This document shows positions 25,482-39,500 of a stretch of 64,000 bases of DNA, one piece after another (within the stretch, counting starts at the first letter, position 1; each line of letters opens with the position of its first letter). The notes below the pieces were generated by a model that was not told the DNA's origin, did no database searches, and worked only from the letters and a program-made list of their open reading frames with translations. The position numbers were made by a program, and so were the translations under genes. This stretch comes from Vitrella brassicaformis CCMP3155. Lineage: Eukaryota > Protista > Chromerida. Location: contig CDMY01000464.1 of assembly GCA_001179505.1 (NCBI GenBank), forward strand, positions 1 to 64,000. Direction: 5' to 3'.

Positions 25482-25591
25482 GCAACGCAATGCAGCGTGG
25501 TTCTTCCTTATGGTCTGGAACGTGATTTGACGGCCCGTTGCACTGCACCTTTGCCGAGCCCCCGACCCCTTCTGCCGTAGAGCCCTCGCCC

Positions 25592-28285
25592 ATGTCATTC
25601 CACTCGTCCACTGCTCCCGCAGAGTCGGGACACCCGTACCACTCCTCTGCCGTGGCCCCTCAGGCCAGTCTAGCACCGCCTGACATCGCATTCTTCGCAC
25701 AGGAGTCGACAGCCACAGCCGGGAGGAAGAAAAAGAAGAACAACAGTAAGGCCGCCAAGGGGCTTGACGAGAAGAGGCAATACAAGAGGCGGGGCGTCCC
25801 GCAGTTCTTCAACCCCCGCATCCAGAAGGTCTTCGTTGATGCGGACGGATGTAAGCGTACCAGCACGAGAAGGGAAGAAGGAGGGAAGAGGACGCGTGTG
25901 AACCTGCGGCGGAGCGGATGCATGCATCTTCTGTGGTGCAGGTTTGCAGCACTTCCACGGTTTGGGGAAGAGCCAGGGTTACGTGAAGGTGGCGCGTAGT
26001 CTGTGTGGCGGGGGAACGTTGCTCAAGTGTAGCTGCGAGAGGATGTGGGGCGTCTGCAGGAGCCAGGTGGAGGGCCACCCCGGACTGCACTCCGTCATCC
26101 GCGGCGCACTCAGGCACACAGACTGTGCCAACTTCCCTCTGGAGGAATTCTACAGGGAAGGTCGGCCATGGATGGGAGGGACAACACACATGGGCAAGAC
26201 GAGGTATGCATTGCATTGATTAATGTGTGTGTGTAGCTGCGCTGATGTGGGCCGAGTCGGCTCAGAGCAACCATGTGCGTCTGCTGCTGGTGACGGCCGA
26301 GAGTTTCCTGAGGGACTTCGAGGGGGGCCACCAGGCGTACATGTTGCTCCTCCCCTGCCCCGAGTGCAGCAGCATCGTGCGGCCTACAGACGACATGTCC
26401 TGCCCCGTCTGCGACGAACATGTAAGCCGACAGACGGAAAGAGACGCTGATAATCCCCTCCATCCATCCATCCATCCTCTTCTTCTTTGTCTGCTCCTTC
26501 TCTCAGCTGCCGCCTCGCAGTGTGTTCCTCCAGACCGCCATCCTGAGCACCAACCCTCCCCGGCCGCTCCAATCGGCCCCGGTTAACACCACACTCCAGC
26601 CCGGCCCGGCCCCTGCCCCCCCTGACTCGCCTGCGTCGTCTAGCCCCAGCCACGAGTCACCGTCATACCCACACCAGCACCAGCAGGGGCCGTACGCGGC
26701 CGTTCCGGGTCCGCCATCGCACATGGGATGGGGAGTGGGCGTGGGAGGGCTGCAGGAGGGGGACATCAAGGGCGAACATGAGGCGGGACCTAGCAAACGT
26801 GAGAAAGACGCCGAGAAACTCATCCCATCTGTGTATGCACGTGTGTGACGCGTGTGCACATCTTATCATCTGCAGGTCTTGCCGGGTGTCCTTGTGACCG
26901 AGGTTTGTCGGTGTCTAGCCAGTTGTCGTCTATCGGATCCATATCCAACAACGCAAGCACTGTGGTCCGTCATTGAGACACGCACGGCCCCCGAGACCCA
27001 TATGCATGTTGTGTCCTTGCTTCAGCCGTCGGGATCTACGAATTCCGGCGGCCACCCTCAGCCCGACGGAGCGCCGTCACGGCAGCGACTCCTGTACATC
27101 AACCCAGGAACCATCAACCCATCTGGGGTGAGCAGAAGACAAGACACACCGGTGTTCTTTTCTCTCTTCACGTCTTCTGTCTGTGTGCATATGTGTGTGT
27201 GTGTCAGGGCGAGGTAGTGATATGTGTGAAGAAGGACATCAAGCCCGACGCGTATGACCAGGTGCTCATCCACCTCGTCTCCACCAACGGACAAGTCGTC
27301 ACACTCAGGTGAACTAGCCTGACAAAACACCCACCATTCTAATGATGCGACTTTCTCTGTCATGTCGCCCTCCCTCAGACCCAAGGGCATCCGTAAGGAG
27401 CGCAAGCTGAGCGTGCAGATCCCCGCCCTGCCCGCGGCAGACTACGACGTCCGGCTGGCGTATGGGTGCAAGGTGCTGCACGGGGCCATTCCGCTGGGTG
27501 TGCGGGACAACTCGGACTCCGAAGGCTGTAGCGAGGAGGGCGACCGATTCGTCCCAGACGAGCAGCCGGCGTGCGTGCCTCCTGACCGGTATCTCTTCTC
27601 CCCATCTGCGTCGGCCCCGTCGTATGCGGACCCGTCGCGCGTCAAGGCCGAGATGATGAGGCCGCCTCCAGTGCCTTTGGGCGTCCTGAACATCCCTCCT
27701 CCCTCCCACTGGCCCCACCCGGCCCCCCACATCGCAACCCACGGCCCAATGGGTGAGGAGATGGACTCCAAGCCGCCGAGGCTCGACCTCTCGTCCGAGT
27801 CGAGCAATGAGCCCACACCGAAGATGGCGAATGCGCGGAGCATGATGCCCATGCAGCGCAGGGCTTTCCGGCCGTGGGTAGGAGGGACGTCGGGGATGCC
27901 TCCGGGCATGGTTGAGGGTGCTCGTGCCGTCATGGAAGAGCTCAAGAGGGAGGGGTTCCTGGGGATAGAGGGAATGGGGCTGCACCAGGGGGGACGCAAC
28001 AGCGCTGAGGACGACTTCGAACGGAGTGAGCGGCCCACAATAAGACACACACGCGACAGCCATCTGCATGTGCCATTGCCCTTGTGTGTGTTTTCAGGTG
28101 TGTGGCGGAGTGCGTCCGAAGGGTACCAGCACGACGCCCACTCCATGCAGTGTGACGATCCCGAGCCGATGGGGCTGCAGCCAGACGCCGCGATGCTGCC
28201 GAACCTACCCCCACCACCGTCCCTCTTCGACCCACACGCAGCCCCATTTGGCCTCCCGCCGCTGAATGACATGGACTGCAGCTGA
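25592..28285 (+). CDS. Uncharacterised protein: basic NLS, Cys/His-rich domain, CxxC-x11-CxxC ribbon, IPT/TIG-like domain, Pro/Met-rich tail
   Basis: Clean GT-AG exon chain. RKKKKN..KRQYKRRG; CPEC..CPVC (26356-26412); LLYINPGTINPSGGEVVI...LSVQIPALPAADYDVRL (~27090-27505). Confidence 0.6.
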
Positions 28286-28940
28286 CGGGATTTTTCCCGT
28301 TGCTGCAGTGAGGCCAAGACACACCTCGGCAGCTGAGTCTGTCGTGAGTGGGGTTAACTGCATCGATGTTGTCTTTTGATATGACTGTGAATTGCTCGCG
28401 GCTAAGTCGTCTCGCCGAAGCCTTAGCCTTCGGATTGCCTTTTCTTTCTGCCATACCGTGTGTGTGAAGGGCTGGGGACGGTGGGGAGGAGATGGTCTCA
28501 GAGAGACGAATGCACGGCTGCGTGTAAGTAGATAAAGCACAACAGACTGTAGTGGGCAAGGTGCATAAGGGTGGCTGGCAGAGACCGCTGCACGAATCGC
28601 ATAAGCTGCTGAACAAGGGAACCGAGTGGCAGGAAGCTGCAGGATACACTGCACGCATCTTGACAACCGTTAATTTCACTGGGACAGTTATGCAATGAAT
28701 TCGATCCTTCTGTTGCGAGCTTGACCTGCGAATTCCTGCTTGGCGCGTGACGTCACTGGACGTCAGCTGACAGCGATCAGACGCAGCCATATTTCCAGCT
28801 CAGAGCTTTCGACAAGCAAGATCTGTTGCTCTCGTGCCTTCCTCGCTTCACGCCAGTCAGCTGTTGCTGTGCTCTGATCCCCCTCTCGCCTCTGCACCCG
28901 CCGCCCCCCTTCACTCGTTTCCACTCAGCTATCTTCATCC

Positions 28941-31900
28941 ATGGCGTACTACGAAGTCTGCTCCACTGACGCTCACTGCAAGCGCACATTGCAGACACGA
29001 CTGGATGCCATCGAGGAGGTCCGCGGGGTGCTGGAGAGTGAAGGCATCGAGGTGCCCGGTGTTGTCGTATGCGGTAGGGAGGCTGCAAGGTGGAAGATGG
29101 GAGGATAACAACAGGTCACGGCTCGGTGTTGTGTGCGTCTGTGTGTCACTTCTTACTCACGGCAGGTGATCAGTCTGCGGGCAAGTCGTCGGTGTTGGAG
29201 CGCATCATGGGGGTGCCCTTCCCGCGAGCACAGGGGTGACCACTGCAGTGCACTGCACTGCACAGATGGGTGGCCTGTGCACTTGCTGGCCTTCTTCTAT
29301 CTGTGTGACCGCACAGGACCTGCACCAAGACGCCGACGATTCTGATGGGCGAGACCGACGCATCTGCCGACGGGGTCAGCGTGTGGGTGTCACTCAAGGA
29401 GGACATCACCGACGCTGAGGAGTTGAACGACATCAAGGACATCGGGAACAAGATCACCGAGCTGACGGACGACCTCGTCCGGCAAGAGGGCAGCGCCATC
29501 GTCAACCGGCCCATCTACGTAACCCAGTGCAGCGGGCAGCAGCTCTGTTGGTCTTGTCTTCGTCCATCTCTGCTGTGCGGTGTGTGTGCGTAGGTGCGGA
29601 TCCGTGGCAAGAATGTGCCGACTCTCACCGTCACCGATCTTCCTGGCCTGCTGTACAACAAGAAGGGCGACGAAAACATCCACGCCGAGGTCGTGGCGAT
29701 GGTCAACGAGTACATCGAGAAGGAGAAGACAGTCATCCTCTGTGTCGTGCCGGCGGGCGGCGACTTCCTGTCCACATCAGAGGTGCGTCGGGCAGGCACA
29801 CGTGCACCCATAAGGGTAGCTGCACACTTTGTGTTGTCTTCAGGCCATCAAGTTGGCCAAGGACGTTGACCCGGAGCGCCATAGGACCATTGTGGTCGTC
29901 ACCAAAACCGACAAGATCGAGCCCGGCGAGGAGGGTCGTCATTTCCTCAAGTCCATCAAGCAAGGCCAGGACGAGATCGGCGGCAAGAAGCTCAAGTGCA
30001 TCGCCCTCCGCAACAGAAAGCCAGATGAGGTACGGCAGACGATACACGGTGTCATGCATGGACAATTGTGTGCGCAGATCGTCCTGGACATTGACGCTGA
30101 GCAAGAGGAGGCGGCCTTCTTCGAGCGGCATCCGGACCTGTGCAAGCTGCTCAGTGAAGAGTGGGGCATCACGACGCTCGTCAAGCGCATCACCGACATA
30201 CAGGTCGTCTACGTGGACGAGTTCATGAAGGACATCAAGGGGAAACTCACCGAGAGTAAGTTAAGCACACCAGGGCGGATGATGAGGGGACCACAGCGGC
30301 TCCTGTGTCGGGTGTGTGTGTATCGTCAATCAGAGATTGAGTCGGTGACTGCTAAGCTGGCCACGCTGCGGCCTCCGTGTGTTGACATCAAGGACAAGAA
30401 CCGCTGCATGAACGACATCCTCATCGAGCTCGACCAGCTCCTCAAGCAGGTCAGACACCTGACTCCCACACGTCCGCACCACCGGACTCATCAGATCTGC
30501 CTTGTGATGTTTGTTGTCCAGCGAGGTTCTATCCGGCTGAGTGATGGAGATGACCGCGACTCGATTCAGTATGGCCTTCGTGAGCGTCTTGAGGACTACG
30601 CAAAAAGAATGAAGAATATCGACATCAACTTCTTCACAGAAGACATTTACAAACAGGTACGTACAAACAGAGGCACATCCCATATAGACACAGCCACGGA
30701 CACGTTGCGGCCAGGTGCTTGACCGTCTGGAGCGTTGTTGTGGGTTCGATGCGCCGCCCGAGCTGCCGCATCCAGATGTGTTCCAGGAGATGTATGTGGA
30801 CGCTTTCGAGCGCAAGCTGCAGGTCGAACACTACTCGCGCATCCTCGCGGAACACGCCTGCGGATTCATCAAGGTGGGCCAGCAGCATCCACACTCGGGA
30901 GGGAGATAATGGCAACCAGTAAGTATGCGCTTTCGTGTCAGTCTGAGTTGGACATTCTTGTCGAAAGCGTTGCTGATGCGTTCCCTTCATTCGTCGATGC
31001 ACTCCAGGTGAACGCAGCGTGCCTTCTTATGGGCATGGAGAAGTGCGTGTCTGTCTGTCTGTCTGTGTGTGTGTGTGTGTGTGTGCAGGGCAAGATAGCG
31101 TCGCTGCTAGACAGCAAGAAGCAGGAGGTGCTGTCCGCCATCGGATCGCTCATCCGCAGCCAGGGGGCCGTCTTTACTGCCAACCAAGTCTACAGCGAGG
31201 TAGGATCTTCTAAGGCTGCGCAGACGAGCCCCTCTTTGCCTGATGGGTCGCCCTTGCCCGCTGCAGATGGTCCAGAAGGGCCTGGCTGGTGTGCTGTCGG
31301 ACAACCACTTCTGGACCAACACCAGGATCGGGCGGAAGATGTCGATGAAGGTCTACAAGCAATCCAACCAGCCCATCCTCTTCAATCAGCTGAATGAGTG
31401 GTGGAACATGGGCCGCAAGTACCAGAGTGCCGTGACAATTCAGGTGTCGCTACACTTCTACGTGACCACGATGCTCGACCGTGTGGCCGACGACGTGGCC
31501 CTCATGGTGAGTGATGCTTTATTCTTTGTTGGCGTGTGTGGATTTGTGATGCTTTGATGGCTTGTATTGTGCTGGTTGGTCGCAGGTGCATCGGTTCCTG
31601 TATGCCGATCTGCGTGACACCTTCCTCACCGACATGCTCGTCGCATTCAGGTGTGACTAGATACATACCAGAGTGTGGCTCACTTGAGTGTCTCTGTCCA
31701 TATGTTTGGTGCTCATCTGTTCTGTCCAGGGACGACAGTTTGGTTGACGAGTGCATGGAGATGGAGCACTCGAAGCGACAGGCATACGAACTGACGAGCT
31801 GGTCAGCAGCAGCGGCCGTCAAGAGGATCTGCCACACACGGCGTGGAGGATGTACTGTGTGTGTGTATTGCAGGAAGAAGGACGAGCTGATCAAGGCCAT

Positions 31901-31961
31901 GATGACCCTGAGCGCGTCGGCTCCTTCGGCAGACAGCCTCACCAGACAGCGAGGCGCATAG
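28941..31961 (+). CDS. Dynamin-related (Mx-like) large GTPase, no PH domain
   Basis: G1 VVVCGDQSAGKSSVLE, G3 TDLPG and G4 VVTKTD, followed by a helical stalk/GED-like C-terminus. TAG at 31959-31961. Confidence 0.9.
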
Positions 31962-32404
31962 ATAGACAACCACAACACACAGCAGAGGCGGCCGTGTTTT
32001 TGAGCGGCCGTGTTTTTGGGCCTCTTGCTGAAGTTTTGTACATACGTTGGCAACTACTGCGTGTACTAGATAGATGTGTCGGGTGCGGTGCGTGTGTCCC
32101 TTTTTTTCCTCGATGCATGGTGCTGATGCAGGCAGGTAGACGTCATTAGTGCGTCCTCAACTTGACTGCTGTGGCTCTTTGATTGATGTCGTTGCTTTGC
32201 ATGCGCTGGGCGTTCTGCTGCATGTGTGGCAACAGTGTATATTTGTGGCGGGTGGAGGGAAATCTGAGCGCTTTTGTGGATGTTCGTGTGTGTGCTGGGG
32301 CAAGCTGCTTTATGATCATGGGAGACTTAGTCGCATCAAATGAAGGTCACACGGCTGCTTACGCATCGTGTTACCATCCATCCGTCTTTCCAACAGCTCC
32401 TCAG

Positions 32405-35400
32405 TCACGATCCCAGCTCTTCATTGTCACCACACGACAAGACACGAAATCGACCCCGCCACACCGATGCATCCAGCCAATCGATACACACGTCCTCTTC
32501 AGCGGCCGCACCATCATTGTCACCCCCTCCCTCTCCCTCTTCCCCCGCTGCCACCGTCGGCCCCGCCCTCCGTTTGGGCAGCAGGAGTTTCATCCGATTG
32601 TACAGCGCATCACCACTCGTCACGCGAATGTCGTCGCCCTCACTCCCCACACCCTTCCTGCTGCCCTTCCGCCTCTGGGGTGATGCAGCAGATGGTCCCT
32701 CGCTCCCCTGATGGTCTGTCTGGCACAGCAGCACCTCGTTGATGTCCTCTGGCACCCGGAACTGCACCACGTGGGGGAAAACGGCACAAAGGGAGCGGTG
32801 GGCGTTCTGCCGTGCCGTGACCGATCGGGTGACTAGGTTGATGGCGAGCAGGCCACCGGGGAGCAGGCGGCTCGCGAGCTGCTGCAGGAAGACCGGCTGC
32901 AGGACCTCGCTGGGTGGGCATGTGAGGTGGCTGTCTGGCTGGTTGGTGTTGATGTCCACTATGATGATGTGCTGCAGTGCGGGGCACACGCGGCTCAGCT
33001 CGGAGGTCGATACCATCGCCAAAGCATCGCCGATCATATATTCCACTCTGTTGGCCGGTGCCGGTGGATCTGCCGGCTTCTCTTGGGCTGCTGCGGCCTC
33101 GGCTGGTTCGGCAGCAGAGTCATTGCCGGTGTTGGTGTGGCCGTCTGTGTCTTTGGTGAGGACCTTCTGCATGACGGCCTGCACCGTCTGGCTCGCCAGG
33201 TGGGAGGCCTCAGCAATGTTCTCTTCGGGCGACTTCATCGGCATGCCCTCAAAGCCGAAATGCTGCACACACGAAAAGTAAGCAGTGAGGCACATGTGTG
33301 AGGACGTGTGTGTGTAAAAGTAACGGCAGACTGACCTGTTTGGCCATCTGCAGGACTTTCTCGTCGTTGTCGACGCCGATAATGTGCACACCCCATCCCC
33401 AATACGAGCACAAGGCAGACAGAGTCGACGCCAGGATGCCAGCACCCAGGCCGAGTATGGTCACACGCAGCCTGGGCTGCTCGTTGGCCGTGAAGGCAGA
33501 TGAGGGCGCCGTGGGGTCGTCGAGCAGCGACGAAGGGGAGCTGGCCGGCGATGCGTTGAGTTCCAGCAGCCATGAGGGCGGGAGGCAGGCCAGGCCCACT
33601 ATGATGGCCTCGTGGTACCTGCAGGTGGGGTGGAGGAAGTTGAACCGGAACGGCTGGGGGGCATCGGTTGTGGCGTCGTCAACCTGTGGCTCCTCGGACG
33701 GCTGTGGCTGTGGCTGTGACGACTTCTTCTTGCGCGAGCCGCGGCCACCCCTGCAGCCAAGCAGCCAGTGATCGGTGCACCAGACCAGCGCATGTGTGTG
33801 TGGTGCTGTCACGTACCTTCGTTTCGGTGAGGTCCGCCGTGCGGATGGTTCATCGTCCGTCTTGGTCCAGACCTCATATAGCACCTCCGACTGCACCGTG
33901 CCAGGATTGCAGGCAAACACCATCTGCACACACAACACACACAGGTAGGTAGGACAAAATGCTATGGCTACTTCTCTACTCCTCCTTAATCTACCTGTCT
34001 GGCAAAGGACTTCCAGCTCATTGCTGGCTGCGCCGCGTTGGCCTCTCTGCGGCTGCGATATCGCTTTGTGCCCTCGGGCTCGATGCGCACGTCACGGACC
34101 AAGATGCGTCCGGCGTGCTTGGACATCACCTCTGCCACGGGTGTGGAGGTGTCGGTCTCGCTGCCTAGAGTCATGATCTTGGGGGCCTCCTCCTGACCAA
34201 GCGGACAATTGGATATTTTGTCTCTGTGTGTGTGTGTGTGTGTGTTCTGTGTGTTGTGTGGTGCGGGCGTACTGATGTGGACGGGAGGACGAGCTCTCTG
34301 AAGAAGGGCTGCAGCTCGGCCTTGACGTCGTCCATGGAGGGGGTGTGGTGGGACGAGTCACACATCCCTGTCAGCCAGGCATGGACACACACATGACATG
34401 ACGCGTACGTCTAAGGTATCCGTCTGTGAGCGATGGATTGGCTGGTCGGTTGCCTACCCACCGAAGGTGGTGACAAGAAGCCGCTTGACGTAAACTTGAG
34501 AGGCCAACTGCACCACAACACGCACACGCACACGCAAAGAGATAGACACAGCTAAGCTCCTCTGCTGGCCGTGCCGTATATATTGTGGGTTGTTTGCCTT
34601 GCCTGGCTGGGCTGGCTGTGTGACTGACCTCCTGGCTGCCCTCTGGTGTCGAAAACATCCACTCATTCTCGCGACCCTGATGTGAGGGATTCACACAACA
34701 GACAGACAACATGCATGACATGGCATGACCCATCCATACGTGGCCGGCCGGCCTGGGTACCCGTGGCACAATGATGACGGCCGACGTGTTCTTTCTCTTC
34801 ATCGAGTGCTGGGGGTTGTCGAACACAGCTATGTGGTACTTGGCAGAGATGTCATACACCTCGCCACCACCGCCGTCAGACTGCCGTGCCGCTGCTGCTG
34901 TGGCCGGCGGGGGCTTGTTGGGGGCAGATGAAGATGAGGATGACCCTCCTGCTGCTGCTGTGCGTGGTGGGATGAGGTTGATGACCTCGTACTGTCCCGG
35001 CCTGTAGGTAGCGATGGTCTCCTTCCACACACGATGCTTGTTGATCTCCAAGACATGCTCTGAGGCCCCCACATGCACACGTCAGTATAAGCAGGCAGGA
35101 GAGAAGGGGAGACTCGTGCATCCACTCACTCACTCACTGGGCAGCTCGAATATCGACGTGTCTTGCAATGGCTCCATGGCGCTCTCAGGTCCATCCTTGC
35201 CGGCCGGGCCCTCTCCATTCTGGTGCTGCTGCTCCGCCGCCATGCTCTCGGGGTAGATGGCGCACTTGGCAACCTTTACCGACTTATCATTTCTGAGCAA
35301 ACGAACAGCGACAGACATCCGCATTCGGCCTCTCTGCTATCATTCTCTCTCACCCAGATGCTGTTTGCGGCATTTTCTGGAAGATCAGCATGAAGGGCTG

Positions 35401-36369
35401 CAGCCGTGCCTGCCGCTCAGCGGACGGAATGTCCCCCCTCTGATGCCTGGCGGACGACGTGTGTGTGGTGGCTGCATCGGAGATCGAGAAGGGATGGCAC
35501 CGGACGCCCACACGGCGACTGAAGAAATACCGAACCTGCAGAGGAGACGCGGGAGAGGAGAGCAATGGTGACAGCATGAAGGCCTGTCTGCTTGTTGTCT
35601 CATCACCAGTTCCTTGATGATGTAGTCCTGCGCCAGTGTGATGCACACGTAGTGCCCCCCGTCACACAGCAGCCGCCACATCTCGTCCAGAAAACGAGTC
35701 GCCTCCCGACGCAAATCGACGCCCTCGCCTGTCGCCACACGAAATGGGTGCGTGGATGGATACCAAAGAAGAATGAGTCCTGCAGCGCAGCGTGCCCTGC
35801 CATTTCACCAGTGAGGAATGCGTCGAGTGCGCCCTTGTCGATGACCAGGTCGAACAGCCCTTGCCTGAATGCCGTTCGAGTCATGTCCATGCAGCACCAC
35901 TCCAGCCCAGCCGACGACACACTCTTGGCGCGCATTGCCTGCATGATGGAAGGAATAAGATGTGAGCAGACACACGGAGCGTGTGTGTTTGTTCACCTTA
36001 AGGACGAGATCTGAGAAGTCCACATTCCATATGTTCAGATACCTGACACCAAAAGAAACACACTCACAGACACACACAACAGATGCGCACTCACCCTGAG
36101 CCACCCGTTGCAGTGTCTGTGTCTGTGTCTTACCCATCGTCAAACATCTGGCCGCTCAGCTCAGAGTTGCCGCACCCCACATTCAGCACGAACAGCGAGC
36201 TGGGCGGCGCATGCGGCCCCGAACCCTCATCGCCCAGCCCCCGCAGAATGGCGCGGATGTCGCGGTACTCTCCATACCACTCGAAGGCCTTCCTCCCCCT
36301 CCGGAGGAAGAATCGATCCCAGAATGACCGCTGCCGAAACTGCTGCAGCTCGGAGGGCAGCAGCTCCAT
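32405..36369 (-). CDS. METTL13: eEF1A lysine and N-terminal methyltransferase (METTL13/EEF1AKNMT)
   Basis: N-domain FRQRSFWDRFF...FEWYGEY...VGCGNSELS...DKGALDA. C-terminal spermidine-synthase-like domain ILGLGAG...GDAL...TCPPSEV...PGGLLAINLVTR...EDINEVL. Confidence 0.9.
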
Positions 36370-36588
36370 GGAGGAGAGAGGTGCTGATTGAGACGGTGGC
36401 GGTGCGCTTTCTGTCGGACTGCGGTTGGGACGGTCAGGCGATGAATGGCGAGCAAGATCTGATGATCTGGATCAGGCGCACCGTCTGTGCAGCTTCAAAC
36501 CACCTGTTTTCCGGAAGATCCCGCCTTCCGCCTGAGCAGCTGATGGAGTCTGAAGCACCAGCCTTCCCCTTCTGCAAGCATAGCTCCT

Positions 36589-39500
36589 ATGGTTTTGAAG
36601 CTCGCAGTCCAAGTGGAGGCTTCTCGTGCGTCTGTTGTTGCTTGGCGGGCTGGCCATTGCCAAGATCTGGAGGCCATCGTGGCTGAATTCGGCTCACCCC
36701 TTGTCAGCATTATCAGTGCAGGCGTCGCATTCATCCTCCTTGTGGTCGTTTGCCCCTGCGCATTGGGCCTTCGCATCTCTTCACTGACGCCACGGATGGC
36801 CATGAAGCCTCCTGATCCGATCGTCAAAGATCTGGTGAGTCTTGAGGAAGCACGATGGATCAGCCACATCGATGGAGGAATGCATGTGTGTCTGTCAGGT
36901 GTTGGTAGGAGGCGGCCATGCCCATGTACAGGTGCTCAAGAGCTTCGGGATGGATCCCATCCCCGGGGTGCGGGTGACGCTCATCAGCAGAGATGTGGAC
37001 ACGCCATACAGCGGCATGTTGCCTGGTCAGTCAGCACATGCATGGGCCGGTCATCATCTTGTTTCCTGTATGTACGCCTCAGTGACTTGTGTGGGGTGTG
37101 GGTGAGTGGTGCAGGTCACATTGCTGGTCACTACACAGCCGATGAGTGCCACATTGATCTGCAGCGCCTCTGCAGATTCGCAAAGGCCGCACTCATACAT
37201 GTTAGGCCGGAAATGGCCCACAGGGATCACATCACCTCGTTCGTTCAGAATTCGTGGTACATGTGTGTATATGCAGACCGAGGCGTGCGGCCTTGACACG
37301 GCCAACCGTCGGGTCGTCTGCAAAGACGGACGGCCGCCGGTGGCCTACGACGTCCTTTCCATCGACATCGGGTGCGTGCACACAACACAGACAGACTCAT
37401 ATCTCATCTCCACAACTCACCACCTCCTCACCTGTGTGTGTGTTCCGCAGGTCCACCCCCAGCCTCAAGTTCCCCGACGCCCCGCGGCTGGCTGCCGTCA
37501 AGCCCATCGACCGCCTCTCACACAAGTGGGGCCTCATCAAGGAGAGAATCATGCACCATACACAAGACGACAAGGCCGCTCCTCTGAGGGTGCTGGTGGT
37601 GGGCGGCGGGGCCGCTGGTGTGGAGATGGCCCTGGCGATGCAGCATCGGCTCAAGGGCATGGGAGCTGGCGGCAGTGAGAGGCTCAAGTTCACCATACTT
37701 ACCAAGGGCCCGGCCATTCTGCAGGGGCATGCTGGCGGCGTGCAGGTAGAACCAGAACACGCCACAACAAGCACATGCGTGTTGTGCGATGTGTCTGTCT
37801 GTCTGTGTTGTGTTGTGTTGTGTTGTGTTGTTGTGTGATTGCCAGCGTGCGATGCAACGCGTGTTGCGCGACCGGCATGTGGAGGTGGCGTGCGGGTGCG
37901 ATGTGGTCGACGTCAAGGGCCGCGACGACCACAAGGGCGGCACACTCGCATGCGCTGACGGCCGCACGTTCGAGTACGACGAGTGCATCTGGTGCACACA
38001 CGCGTCGGCACAGCAGTGGCTGACGGCGGCTGGCCTAGACCTTGACGCAGAGGGGTTCATCCGCGTCGATGCCACCCTTCAGTCAACCAACACACCAAAC
38101 GTCTTCGCGGCAGGTGGGCAAACACACATACACACACACACACACACGCAGCCTCTCATGAGATGTGTGTGTATGTGTGTCAGGGGATATTGCGTCAGTG
38201 GTGCCCCATCCACGCCCGAAAGCGGGCGTATTTGCGGTCCGTCAAGGGCCTCCGCTCACGGCCAACCTTCGCAGAGCGCTGCTGGGTCAGCCGCTGGTGC
38301 CCTTCACGCCGCAGAAGGAGTTCTTGAGCCTCATCAGCACTGGGGACAAGTATGCGGTGGCGTCGCGGGGGGCCTTCTGCTTTGAGGGAGGCTACTGGTG
38401 GACATTGAAGGTGAGGGTGGATGCAGGCAGGATACATCCATCCATGCATGGCATTCCGACACGACTTGCATGCGTTGGTCAGGACTACATCGATCGGGCG
38501 TTCATGCAGAAGTTCACCGACCTCCCATCGATGGCCGACGACGCCATCTCCCCTCCCCCATCACACCCCAAGCGCACCTTCAACCCCCATTCCGCCTCGG
38601 TAGCCTTCGCCCTCCCCCCTCACCCCACAATGCGGTGTGCGGGGTGCGGCGGAAAGATCGGTGCGTCCATCCTGACGCGAGTGCTCAAGAGGCTGCAGGG
38701 GCAGGTGCCCAGGAGAGACGAGGTGGTGGTTGGCATGGACGATCCTGACGATGCGGCGGTGCTGACGATTCCTGCCGACGACCCGACGGCCAAGGCGCCG
38801 AGCACGTCCATTGTCCAGACCATCGACTTTTTCAGGTGAGGGAGGGGGGCGGGCATCACTCAGTTGCAATGTGTTGTGATGCTCTGCTGTGTGTGCGCAG
38901 GGCGTTTATGGACGACCCCTATGTGTTTGGCCAGATCTGCGCCACACACGCCCTGTCCGACTGCTACGCCATGGGCGCCAAACCTCTCTCAGCCCTTGCA
39001 ATGGTCTCACTACCATTCGCTGCGGACAACAAAGTAAGATACCCCCCCACATGCACCCACCCGCCCCCCTTATTCACAAACACAAACTCATGCCCCCCGT
39101 GTGTCATGCAGCTGGAGGAGCAGCTCTTCCAGCTGATGAGTGGCGCGTGCAAGTCCCTCTCATCGGCCAACTGTGCTCTGGTGGGCGGCCACACGGCCGA
39201 GAGCGACGGGCCTTCGCCGTGCTTGGGTTTCACCATCACCGGCACGCTCAACACAGCTGCTGAGGGTGATGGTGATGGTGAGGGCAGGTTGCTCTCCAAA
39301 GGTGGCATGAGGGGCGGTGACAAGGTGATGCTGACCAAGGCCATTGGGACGGGCTGTCTGTTTGCCGCTGACATGAAGGGCAAGGCCAGAGGCAGGTCGG
39401 TCTGTCGGTCGGATGAATGAGGTGTGGCGTGCAGTGCAGTGCAGGTGGATTGTGTGTGTGTGATGTGTGTGTGGTCACCTCAGGTGGATGCGGGGTGCGG

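Noticed and set aside
28747-28756. gtgacgtcac palindrome (CRE-like) upstream of the dynamin gene
   Set aside because: A single 10-bp palindrome is expected by chance in 64 kb.
38629-38660. Possible Sec at the SelD active site
   Set aside because: The codons are TGT/TGC (Cys); there is no TGA.
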